This document shows, in pieces, positions 52,632-64,000 of a DNA stretch of 64,000 nt. The stretch comes from Chlorokybus atmophyticus (taxonomy: Eukaryota > Plantae > Mesostigma and Chlorokybus algae), in contig RHPI01000772.1 of the NCBI GenBank assembly GCA_009103225.1, positions 623,312-687,311 on the forward strand, read 5' to 3'. The position numbers were made by a program, and so were the translations under genes. The notes below the pieces were generated by a model. The model saw only the letters and a program-made list of their open reading frames with translations, did not search any database and was not told the origin of the DNA. Position 1 is the first letter of the stretch; every line of letters starts with the position of its first letter.

Positions 52632-54710
52632 TCTACTCACTATATCATTACCCCACCCTGTTAGTAATGCAAGCCTTAATTAGTTGCCCAGTCCCATACC
52701 CTACTACTCTCACATGCCTTGCTTGCCTGCCCACTCCTCCGCCCATTGCACACACCAAGATAAAGCATATCGTTCAGCCCTGCCCTATTTTAATAGAAGT
52801 GCCCCTGCCTGTATGTTGGTCTTGTAATGTGCTTGCCTGCTCTTGTATGCGTGCTCTCTATGTTGTACATGTTTGTAAAGCAAATGCATGTGCAGACATT
52901 GTTAGCTGTAAATAGCTGTCCACACCCCTTCATCACGAAGTCTTCATGCACCCGTCGTGAGCACTACAAGGACTTTATGCATGGACGACATAATGTTGCC
53001 CCCTAATGTACTCACGCGATGGCTCAATTCATTTTTGTTTACAAAGCTCACATATGCACCGTTATGTAACATATACGTATAAATTAAGCACTCATTTAAG
53101 CAACAAGTTACAACTCGTGGCTCTTAACCTCATTATGTTCTAACAGTCGCAAATGGGGTCATGATTACATTGCAATAAAGATTGCATCAGTAAAAATAAA
53201 TAAGATATTAATGTGTAAGCTATGCAATGCTATGAACGCAATACAAACCGACCTTCATACACAAACGTACATATACATGTTGAGATACGTGTATGCATGT
53301 TGCATAATGTATATGTATTTGCATATTGTGTGATAATGTCTACACGTTTTGTATAAGTGATGACTAGTTGGCTAGCTAGCGCTGCTTTGGATCTCAACAT
53401 TTGTCTTGCTTGCAACTTGTGGTAAATAAGGTATGAGTGTGAGTACCACACAACTGTGCACTTAAGCTTGATACAACGTATAGTAAATGTATGCATACAT
53501 TACGCTGTACGATAATTATTGTATCCCCTATCAGACAGCTAAACTGCAATGTGTCGATAAAGTGCCCGTACTATACGGTACGCTGCTGAAAACGTTGCCA
53601 GTTCGGTATTGGCTAGCTGACCAGAGGATCAGTGACCACACAACATCGTAATCGGCCGCCGACGAGAAGGCGAACCGGCAAGGGAAAAGACTTTTCCCAC
53701 ATTACACTAGAAGAGTGGCGCCACTGGTAGTGGCGCCAACAACTTATGGGCGGGGCTAGGCTCAAAATACGGTACCTATCATAAATACGATTCCTACCAT
53801 ACATAGCACTGTGCAGTACAGTCTGGAAAGGCTGCTGGCTAAGCTCATAGCCTATCGATGTATGTATGAAATACTAGGCTATCAGCCTAGCCAGTAGTAG
53901 CCAATAAAGACTGTATAGTACTGTACAGTACTATATAGTCTTCCTGCCATAGTACGTTGCAGTACTATAGCAGGAACCTTCGGTCATTACATGTCCGGTA
54001 GATAGTCGGCTATACGCCGGTGGAATTGCAGGCAACACATGCGCCGGGTTACCGCCGGCGTTTGTTACCGGTCCTGCCTTCCCACACAGCTGTCACAGCA
54101 AGGAAAAAGTGCATTAACAAGCCAGCGACATCAATGACACTTGTCACGCATCGTGCCATGGTGCAAGCGCGACAAGTGACGAGACACATGGAAAAGACAA
54201 TAGCCCATTCGGCAGCCGTTTTGAGTAAGCTACATCGGCTGCGTAACGGCTTGATGACAAGCGCAGGGCGCCAACTGGCTACGCCACGCCAAATCGCCTG
54301 CGCGATTGTTTGCGGACCGCCTAACCGGGGTTACTCATATTCAAATTGAAGCCACGGATATCCACTCCACCCAACAGAATCACCCGTGCAACGTACTTAA
54401 TATCTGCACAACTGTGGTTATGTGATTGTGGTCAGTGGTCCAGACGCTTCGCGGGCTGTACACAAACTGGCCAGTGAGAGTGGCAGCTTGCACTGAAGAG
54501 GTGTCTGCGCCTACATCACGTTGCGCAGTGCAGCTGGTGTGGTAGTGAGCAGTGCAGCTGGTGTGGCGGCGGGAAGGTTGGCGCCGGCGTTGGTGTTGCT
54601 CGGGTCAGCTTGCGCGGTTTGCCTGGTCGTGTGGACGCTGCCTGCGCGGAACAGAAAGGAGAGAAGGTCGTGGTGCCGGAGCAGCTGAAGCCGAAGCTGC
54701 TGTTGCTTGC

Positions 54711-56290
54711 ATGACAGCTAGCATGGCGCCGGCTTCCATGGTTGCTGCCGTCGCTGCTGTTGTGGCGGTGCTGCTGGTCGCCATTGCTCCAGCCGGCACT
54801 TCCGCTGCATGCGTTGGGGAGCAGTCTTACGCCATCAGCTTCAAGGGCGCCTGGACGCCTGCTAGGCAACCACGAGGTTACCCCACGGACGCACACTTCA
54901 GCACGCTCGCAGGCGCTGCCCACAGTGGTGATGTTGAGCTCTGGAGACCTGGTCAGATTGCTCGCAAGGGCTTGAAGGTGTGATTGCATGCAAATGTATG
55001 ACGCCACCTGCACAGCTCACCTGGTGTGACACACTGACTTTATTCAGCGTGAGCACATGTGACGCTGCGTATATGGCAGCCATGTCTGCATATGCTTGTC
55101 TGTCGTCCAGTTCTACGGGCCAGCAACACGTGGCAGAACAATTGCCAGCACATATGTCCCCCCCCCTCCCCCCACCTCGTGGGAGGGGGGAGGAGGCGCG
55201 AGAAGACTAGGGGGCAAGCATAATTGCCTTCTTTTTTGGGTGCAGTTTTTGTTGGATACATGTGCAATGTTGCAAACATGCATATGCTTATGCCGACTTG
55301 TTGCAGGCTGATAGCATGTACAGCCTGCAATGTGTGAGCTTGTGCACTGCCTGTACCTCTTGCTAATGGCACGCATGCTGCATATATGGTTTCGCTGAGT
55401 TCAGCAGTGCATGCTTTGCCGTTTACTCGTGCATGCGTCAGTTGCTAGACAAACCGTTCCATCCCCCATGCAGGAAGTTGCACTTACGGGCGAGACACAA
55501 GCACTTCAGTCAGTTGTGGACGAGGTTGATGGAGACTTCATCGCCCTTTCCAGCCGCAAGACTGTTGCACCAGACGCTGAGCTCGCCACCACCGTCACTG
55601 TCTCAAGTGAAAGGCCCTTTCTGTCTCTTGTTGCGCACGTGGGACCCAGCCCTGACTGGTATGCAGCTTCTGTGCTGTTCAACTCCCGTTGCACATGGGC
55701 GCCATGTTGTCTTGTGTCTGACAATGTGCTCTTGCTTTAGGTTTGTTGGCGTGTCATCGCAATCGCTGTGCATGAGCGACACATGGGTGTCAGCACTCAC
55801 TGTGGAGCTGATCCCTTACGATGCTGGTGTCAACTCTGGCAATGGCTTCACTGTCAACGGCAATGAGACCTCTGTGGGTGTCCGCATGATTATCCCCAAC
55901 GCTGATGCATTCCCCGTGTTCAATGAGAACGGCGCTGCAGTGACACCCCTTGCCTTCCTCACCTTTACCAAGGTGTCTACTTCAACTATCATGCCAACAG
56001 TGCGCGTTGTGGAGCGAATCCTTGCTCAGACAGGCACCCCGCCTCCGCCTCCTCCCCCACCTCCGGAGTCAGACTTTTTTGTGCCACCTTCTCCTCCTTC
56101 TCCGGAACCCCTGTTGGCTCCTCCTCCTTCTGCCGGCGACACCACCCTACCTCCGCCTCCTCCCTTCAGCTTTGTATTCCCTCCCACAGATTCTCCTGCC
56201 CTGAGTCCCTCCGCTAACAGCGCTTCCTCCACACTGAGCTCAATGGCACTGCTTGCTGCCATCGTCATGGCTGCAGTCTTGCTCGTGTAA
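54711..56290 (+). CDS. Secreted Spondin_N-domain protein with a Pro/Ser-rich stalk and hydrophobic C-terminus (likely GPI-anchored); 3 exons (54711-54977, 55474-55658, 55741-56290)
   Basis: Signal peptide, then YAISFKGAW...HFSTLAGAAHS...LWRPGQIARKGLK|EVA...LSLVAHVGPSPDW|FVGVSS..LC...WV...LIPYDAGVNSG (Spondin_N hallmarks), poly-Pro runs, and SS-linker-LLAAIVMAAVLLV*. Confidence 0.88.
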
Positions 56291-57602
56291 ACGCACCCTC
56301 TGTTTATAGTCTGTGGACTGCTGCAGATCTTCTGGGCCAGATGTCGTGTAGGGCTTTAGGTAGCTGAAGTGGCTTTCCCACTCCAGCATCTGAGGTCTTA
56401 GCGTTGTGTAATCCATGCTTAGTTGTCTAGACCATTTTCTTTGTAGATTGTTTAGATATGTAATTCATTTCCATTCCCTTGGTTCTTCCACACAAAGAGT
56501 GGGTTTTGCTTTATAGCACTGTCGACACGTGTTTTTTGCCAGGCAAGCACTTTCACAGCGATGGCGCTGTGGCAGGTAATGCGGATTGCATGCATGGCCT
56601 GCTTGCTTGACTGCTGTAGCGCTGTTGCTCCTGTATGTGTCAATTTCAGCAAGTCCATCATTTGCAGTCTTTGCCTATTGCTGTCTTGCATGACTACCAG
56701 GGCGGTAGAATGGAAGTACTGAAGTAGTTGTGTTGCTGGGTGGTTGAAATTGAAATGACATTGATGGTTGGCGTATAATGCCCATTGTCTGATTTGTGCA
56801 TGTGCGATTGCATTCTGCATTGATGTACACATGCTGCAATCCCGTGGGTGTCATGACTGTTGCTACTAACGTTTGCAGCCATTTCAGTTGTGTGTTGAGT
56901 CAAACTGCAGGCAATTCCGGACTCATGGAGGGAGCCGCCACAGTTAGCACCCATACTTGGCAGTTGCTAACTTGTGCTCTGCTTACTTAGGTCAGCATGC
57001 TGCTAGCCTGCTCGCCTCTACTTGCCTTCATGTTTGCTTGTTGTTGGCTGGTTTCAGTTACAATTGTTAAAAGCTCGGGCCAGCCCATTGCTGTTGCTTG
57101 CTTGTGTTGTCGTCGTAGTCATTGCTTTTGCTTGTGCTGCCCGCACTGTACACTTGTGCATGCTACACTCTGCTGGCTGTGCATACATAGTTGTGCAGGT
57201 GGTGATGTACGAACCAGCTCCATTGCTGGGCGTCTTGAATCATGGTAGTAATGTTGGTTCATAGCAGTGTCAACAGTGAGTCAAGTGTCAATACATGAAG
57301 AGTGTAGTCTTGAAGAGAACACACCAACACACACAACTGCGCATGTACAGTTCCGTCTCGCATTGTTTGTCCAACATGGGAGTGCATATTGACAAGACAT
57401 CTGTGTAATTATCCTGTGTAATGTGCACATGTATACAATTGTCTGAAAAGGTAGGACAGCTGCATCCACAGTTATACAACCTTTAGTGCATCTTTGATTG
57501 AGCATACAATCGCTTGCTGTGTTCGGCATGCACTGCACATGTGTGCATGTGAGCACGGATCTCATTAGTGATCCAGACTGTGTTCTGCCCGCGCACTATA
57601 CT

Positions 57603-57795
57603 TAGTTGTCTTGGGCTGCATAAAAGATCTGTTTTGCTGTTACAAGTTGCGCGTGTACGCGTGTGCAAGCAGCACCCAAACAGCAGTGACGCAGAGAATA
57701 GTTGTCTTGGGCTGCATAAAAGATCTGTTTTGCTGTTACAAGTTGCGCGTGTACGCGTGTGCAAGCAGCACCCAAACAGCAGTGACGCAGAGAAT
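57603..57795. repeat. Perfect tandem duplication of 96 bp in the EMC3 3' region
   Basis: Identical units start at 57603 and 57699. Confidence 0.97.
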
Positions 57796-57813
57796 TTCAA
57801 CAAACAGATATAT

Positions 57814-59168
57814 TTACTGCGTCATTTTCCTCAACAGTGCAATAGCCCGATCCTCAGCCGCCGCTACCCCCCACGTGTGCTGATACAACTCCAGCGCCTC
57901 CTTCTCTGCGCCGAACGCGGCGCCCCCGCCCCCAGGCCCACCCCCCATCATCATCTGCTGCTGCTGCTGCATCATGCGCGCGTCGTCCGTGTCCGGGTTG
58001 TCCCCCAGAAGGAGAGAGAAGACGCCCCGCAGCCCAAAGAGGTTGAGGAAATACCTGCCATAAAACAAGTGTGGGAGTAAGGCATGGAAGCATAGGGTAA
58101 AACTGAACACATGTTGGGGACAATGTGCTTGGTTCTTGTCAAAGACATCGGTCACTGAGTTACCATGAGAGGCTGGAGATGTAAGTCACGTCCAGGCCTT
58201 GCATCTCGACTCCTCTTTGCAGCATTGAGCGGAAGCGTTGTGTCAATGGGAATGGCACGCGTGCCGTGATGAAGCCCGCAAAGAAAAAGTTCACCCACGC
58301 ACCTGATTCGACACCCAACCATTGAGACATTGAGAAGTGACAGTTGAACGAACGTATGCATGCATTCATGCGGACATGCATGCATGCATGTTGGTGCAAC
58401 ACCACAGCTTGTTTGCATGTTGCAGCCTCCAACGATGAGCAAGTGAAAAGCGATGTTGTTGCATGCATGTGATTACAACCAGTGCCATACCGGTTGCAAC
58501 TTGAGGCACAATCATAGTGAGGTTCTTCTTCATCATGTCCACAACCATTGTTGGGTCCGATAGCATTGCTGCTTGCGGGTTCGCACGCTCGCTCTTTTGC
58601 TGGAAAACGCCTGTTTCCTGCGTTGCATCGAACAACATTGCTTTAGACTGCTTACATCAACAAGTCAAGTGAAAAGTAGAGCCAAAGCATCCTCATGCAC
58701 ACCCGCACCTTATTAATGAAGTAATGCCGTCTGGATCGGAACCCCGAAGGCGGTATGATGGAGCTATTCTTGCGCAGTATCGCAGACCGTGCAACGGCTT
58801 GACTGCATGCAATGACAAGCAACATTAGCCATCTGAGCATTGCAGGTAACACGCATGTCCATTGCAAGCAGAGCATGCACACAATGCAAGCTGCCAGCAA
58901 GCAAGTACTGAGCACATTGACTCATTGCAGGAATTAAGCACAGAGCTTACACAACTTCGCAGGCGTGAAAAACATTCTGACCCTAACCCAAACCCTAAAT
59001 GCACCTTTCGCGGAGAGCTTTGGGGTCGATTTTCTTGTCGCCACCGCCGCTGCCGATGAGTCGACTGACATTGTGTCTGACAATGCCAGTGAGGAACATG
59101 GCGAAGGTGATGGGCACAAGCACCCAGTCACGGATGGCGGAGTCGAGCAGAATCTCCCCCTGACCCAT
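57814..59168 (-). CDS. EMC3: ER membrane protein complex subunit 3; 5 exons
   Basis: MGQGEILLDSAIRDWVLVPI...|...IPPSGFRSRRHYF|...NPQAAMLSDPTMVVDMMKKNLTMIVPQ...|AWVNFFFAGF..ARVPFPLTQRFRSMLQRG...LDVTYISSLSW|YFLNLFGLRGVFSLLLG...AEKEALEL.QH.W...TQ*. Confidence 0.95.
58981..58999. promoter_or_regulatory. Telo-box / degenerate telomeric repeats at the start of EMC3 intron 1
   Basis: CCCTAACCCAAACCCTAAA contains AAACCCTAA at 58990-58998. Confidence 0.5.
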
Positions 59169-60756
59169 CCTGCTTGCTTGCTCGCTGCTGCTGTGCTACT
59201 TAACAAGGCAACTTGGTGTTGCACATACCACGGAGACTGAGTCGTTTTATTAGCAGCCCCCTTAGCTACCTCACAGACCGTACGCTGCCTATAAATATCA
59301 AGCTACAATTGCTTCCCCAGATGCTGCCGCCGCCGCCGTCGCCGTCGCCACCAACAACGCAAGGCCTACACCAGTGTCACTGTTGATGGTTAAGAAGTTA
59401 GGAGTTTCAGGTTAGGTTAAGATTAAGATTAGGCAATAAGAGTTAAGAACTGCTTCAATCGCTGCCATTCAACTGCATCATTGCCTCTATCGAACGGGCC
59501 GCAAGTCACCCAGCGCATGCAGGCAGGTGTAGAACTACATAAAGCATTCATTGAAACCGAGCAAATCAGAAAAGGGTCGTCTAGCTGATTATGCTACGCG
59601 GGTGACTGCCCATATGTGGGCGGCGCCCGTGCGGTATGGCTCATCAAGACATATCGGCGACATAATTGTTGGAATATATCACAGGGTTGGCAGGCTTCTG
59701 CCTGACCCTTCCCCGAAACAATCGCACGCAAACCACTGGCAGCACCAGTCAGGTAGCACTGGTCGATGTCATGTGTAACAGTAGCACAAACGCCGCTTCA
59801 CCATGAGTCTCGGTGTCCTTGCCTAACATAAACACGTTGCGTTCGGTTATTTACCCTTGAGAGTTTTGTGCACGCTACATTGAGTTATGATCAGAGCACG
59901 TCTAGACCTAATGATAAAAAAAGTCACAACACATGATACACTTATCATGTGTTGTGCATGCATTGCCGCTAGTGTTATGCTGAGTGCTTACTGCATGGGT
60001 GTCAAGTGTTGTGTCGGTTGGTAACCCCTGCACTTGCGTGAAGACCGTTGCGATCGATGTCACTGCAACACTTGTAACATTGTCACTACTAGCAAATGTA
60101 TACGTGCAGTTGTAGTGCCCGTTGTGTGCTAGCGTGTGGTGCAAGCATGCACGTTGAAAGTGTGCAAAGCGTGTTACATGCACGCGTTCCCGTGTTGCAT
60201 ATCTTGTGGACGCTGCGCACCTCACTATTGGTGTGAACTAGCAGGTGCCAATCAAACACTTGCATTTGTGGTGGCGGGGGCCAAGCGTTTGTCGTATACG
60301 TTGTCTGCGTTGTTGTTATCATCTGCGTCATGCATGCCGCTGCTGCAGACCCAATCCAAGCTCTCCCTCTCCCTCTTTCCTACGCGCGCAGCATTACTTC
60401 CCCTTGCCCTTTACTCGTTGTTTGCTGGCTCAGCCAAATCCCGCCATGTTATTGAGTGAGGGTCTCATTATCTAGGCTGTCTACTGTTGTGCTGAGCTTT
60501 GCCTTGGCCACACATAACCTCATGCTTGCTGGCTTGCATCCACCAGCATTCCTATCTACTTTAGCGCTTGCTGTACACATCTCTTCTTTTCAATGTAATG
60601 GAGCTTCATCGGTAACTCTGCACTATTATTATTTTTGCAAATATCACTACTGCATCCATGCAACAGATCACAGGGCCCCAATGCAGCAGGCGCCCCTAAA
60701 ACCGCTTAGTGGACATCCAGTACATTTTGACAATGGGTTCACAGCCGATCATGGCT

Positions 60757-61009
60757 AATCTACAACAGTTGGTTTGCTGTCCAACACCCCTACAGCGCCA
60801 ACTTGGCACAACCGGTGATAATCAATCTACAACAGTAAGCTTGCTATCCAGCACCCCTACTGCACCAACACAGCACAACCGGTGATGCCCAATCTACAAC
60901 AGTTTGTTTGCTAGCCAACACCCCTACAGCACCAATTTGGCACAACCGATGATGACCAATCTACAACAGTAAGTTTGCTATCAACACCCCTACAGCATCA
61001 ACACAGCAC
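60757..61009. repeat. Minisatellite, 67-bp unit x ~3.8, alternating A/B variants
   Basis: AATCTACAACAG starts at 60757, 60824, 60891 and 60958. Confidence 0.95.
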
Positions 61010-61126
61010 TGTGTTCGGGCACCTACCTCGACAAACTATTGATGATGACATTGTACTACCACTAGTATACCACTTTACTACCACTTCACGAAACTACGAC
61101 AACACTCTTTGTATGCAACGACTACA

Positions 61127-63312
61127 TCACTTCAGGTAGCCCTTCTCAATCAGGCTGCTCACGGTGTCTTTCAACGTTTGCTCAATCGGACGAAACTCTA
61201 CTCCCAACTCGCGGGCTTTCCGGTTATCAAACTTCTGTGGTTGCGCTGGAGTGCCGGACTCGCCATAATCAAATGAAGTGGGCACTTTGCGGTCTGCCAT
61301 TGCCAACCATCAGGTGATGAGCATGATAATCGAATCTTGACTGATGCAAAGACTTGGCAAGCATGGCATCTTCATGGTTGTCGGAATCCAAACATGACAA
61401 ACAGCCTAGTAAGCATTCATGATTGTGTACAGGGACAAAAAGCAAACACACAGAGCACAGTCGCAAACAAATACCTGGGAACAGCTTGCGCAGCAGGTCA
61501 CAAAGTCCAACATAGGTGGTGGGCTCTGCAGCCATAAGGTATCTTCCAGAAGCTTTGGGACTTTCCACCGCCAGAGCATGTGCTGTGGCCACTTCACGCA
61601 CGTCAACACCGCCAACTGCACGATCTGGCACATTGTCCTTTGACCCATCCAGAAGGTCACGAATCATCTCTGAGCACAGAAATCAAGTTGAGGAACAATT
61701 GCTAACAGCATGCGAACTAGGTGATCAGCCAGTTAGTCAATTGCTATGCGCCTGATGTGCCATGCTCTGGAGTTTGCGGATGCAACTCAAAGTGACCTCG
61801 CTGGTAATGTACCATGCATTGAACTGTCCTTGAATATGTACTCTTGCAAGCCGCAAACATCTTACGTGCTGTAGTGTTCAGTTGAGTTTGCAGCATTGGT
61901 CCCCAAACAAAGCACGGCTGTATGGCCACCAAATCAAACTGAGGCTTCTCCTTCTCAAGAAAATCCCAAGCAGCCTTTTCTCCCAAGGTCTTGGACATAA
62001 CATACCTAACACATCTCAACACTGTCAATGACGAGTTGTTGTCTGTCACCACTGCTTGTTCCGTGCACGTATATGTACTATGCATACAATAGTCAGTACC
62101 AGTTTTTGCGCTGACGCTGTGTCTCAACATCTGTCCAGTCATCTTCTGTGAGGACATGACCGGGTTGCTCCGCCGCTTTGGATGCCATCAAGGCCGCAAA
62201 ACTGGAGGTGAGCACAACTCGCCTGTGTACGCAAGTGATTAGGAAGATGCACAACATGCATGCAAATGCACACAGTTGAGTACTGGACTTGTTGCGCACT
62301 TTACAGATTGGGTAGACTTGCATGCACGCAGCACAGCGAGTGTGCCATCGACCGCCAAGCGCCTCATCTCTTCCTCCTCTGACCCAGAGCCCTGAAGCAT
62401 GAAACCCTTCACGTTAACCAATGCATGCAAAGAACAAAGAAGCAATACATGTTTGATTCAAATTCTTGTTTGCGACTAAATGCAGTCTGTCATGTGTACT
62501 CACTGGTGCCGGAACAGGGTATGCTGTGTGAAGGACACCCTCGCAACCCTCAATGGCGGCATCGATGCTTTCTTCGGACAGCAAATCAGCGGATACAAGC
62601 GTCAATTTTTCAGCGCCCGGCAGCGCCTTCAAATGCCCTGCAAGGCGCCAAACCATCAGACATATTGCCAACATTGCGCAACATTGATCCGCTGACATGA
62701 GGTTTGATGCTGGGGACTATCAGGTTGGGCTTGAGCCTTGCTGGTCGCTTTTGCATGCAGCTCCTATACGTGTGCACGATGCTCACTGAATACCACATGA
62801 CTGCAATCAAGTGAGGCTTTTGGTAAGCAACTTGACCGCAACAGCGTGGCCATGCTTAACTGGCATGCTTTACTGGGAGCACGCATGCAAGCACGTGGCA
62901 CAGCTGACGAGCAATAAAGTTGGCTTGGTTTCCTTGTTTGGTTGTTAGTGTGTCGCCAAGCAGGCAGCAGCCAACATCCATTTGCACTTCAAATCATAAA
63001 GAATATGCTTCAGTACAAAAAGCATGCATAGCCATGCACGCTTTGCAAAGCTTGCATGCACGCAGTGAAAGCAGCATCACATGGCAATAAGCAGATTGCT
63101 TGCATGTTGGTCAAAATCAGGTGCCATGCAGGCCAGCATGGCGACTGGTTGACGGACCGCACTGACTGACCAGTCTTGTTAGGGTCGTCAGGGTTGCGCA
63201 CGGTGCCCCGGACGCTGTAGCCTCTGGCTAGGAGCTCCCTGACGACGTGGGAGCCGATGAACCCCGCCGCCCCGGTCACGCACACCAGCGATCCTGGCGC
63301 CACCGGCGCCAT
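61127..63312 (-). CDS. NAD(P)-dependent epimerase/dehydratase, extended SDR (DFR/cinnamoyl-CoA reductase/aldehyde reductase-like); multi-exon
   Basis: [30 protein letters not shown] (Rossmann motif), [24 protein letters not shown]|[13 protein letters not shown] (YxxxK), [36 protein letters not shown]...K*. An in-frame upstream ATG at 63450 could extend the N-terminus. Confidence 0.92.
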
Positions 63313-63774
63313 GCTGCTGCTAATCCGGATGCTTAGTACTCTACGCTGCTGTTGCAAGCAAGCTGGCTGCTTGGACACCAGCTTTATGCACCTCCACGAC
63401 GACGGCAAGAACTCCCCCGCCGCCCCTACCGCCGCCAACGACAAAGACATGCTGTGGGTGGTGCATGTTAGCTCTTAATATTGCTTGCCAGGCGGGCCAC
63501 CTCCATGCCGGCGGCGGCGACGGTGGAGGCGGCGAGGGCGGCGGCAGCCGCAGGGTTGTGCTGGAGCACATGGCTGTGAGCTGAGCTCCGTTCAGCTTAT
63601 CTAAAATCAACTCAGCTGAAATCAACTCAGCTTAGCTCTGCAAGCAATCAGAGCAAGCACTTGTGCATTGAGTTTTGTTTCTTTGCTAGTTAGTGCATTG
63701 CGTGTTTGTGAGTGTTGGGTTCCTTGGGGGTTGGTTTGAGCTCTGGGTTGGGCTTGCTGGCCAAAAGCTTGCCA

Positions 63775-63942
63775 ATGGCTTCAGCGGGGGCAGCTGTCCA
63801 GAGCAGCATGCCCCGCCCGGCCATGGGGGTGGTGACAAAGGCGGCGCTGGCGGAGTTCCAGCAGACGGGCAAGCTGACCGTTCCCGCTGTTGGCACGGCA
63901 GCCAACGCCAAGCGCTTGCTGTTCGAGCTTTGCCTGGCTGTT
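63775..63942 (+). CDS. THO2: First exon of THO complex subunit 2-like gene (continues beyond window)
   Basis: MASAGAAVQSSMPRPAMGVVTKAALAEFQQTGKLTVPAVGTAANAKRLLFELCLAV followed by a GTAAGT donor. It resembles the plant THO2 N-terminus (VTEEF.RE...RFLYEL...V). Only 56 codons are visible. Confidence 0.6.
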
Positions 63943-64000
63943 GTAAGTGTACAGAAGAAGCTGATTTTGAAGTGTAGTGTACATACATATTCTGCGAATG

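Noticed and set aside
60757-61009. CRISPR-like regular repeats
   Set aside because: The whole 67-bp unit is repeated with no unique spacers, no cas genes are present, and the context is eukaryotic.

Overview
Eukaryotic nuclear DNA, intron-rich with GT-AG introns. The gene content is plant-like (CCA1/LHY, PHO1-type SPX-EXS, WEX, THO2), most consistent with a streptophyte green alga; the organism is an inference. Ten spliced protein genes were reconstructed by hand: NAA15 (5'-truncated), a plastid-type PfkB kinase, a FAR-17a/AIG1-like membrane protein, a WRN-type exonuclease fused to a RecQ/WRN C-terminal HTH, a PHO1-like SPX-EXS protein, a CCA1/LHY-like MYB factor, a Spondin_N/Pro-rich/GPI-like surface protein, EMC3, a DFR/CCR-like SDR reductase, and the first exon of THO2. 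A ~20 kb gene-poor tract (24-44 kb) holds a solo LTR, two tRNA-derived SINE-like copies, a broken AP2-domain gene, long microsatellites and a perfect 60-bp palindrome. A second solo LTR of the same family lies at 51.6 kb. No CRISPR, rRNA or functional tRNA is supported. Best leads: the helicase-less WRN-like architecture, stacked uORFs over the PHO1 start, a duplicated hairpin with compensatory changes downstream of NAA15, the loopless palindrome, and the LTR and SINE families. Family assignments come from recalled motifs, not database searches.
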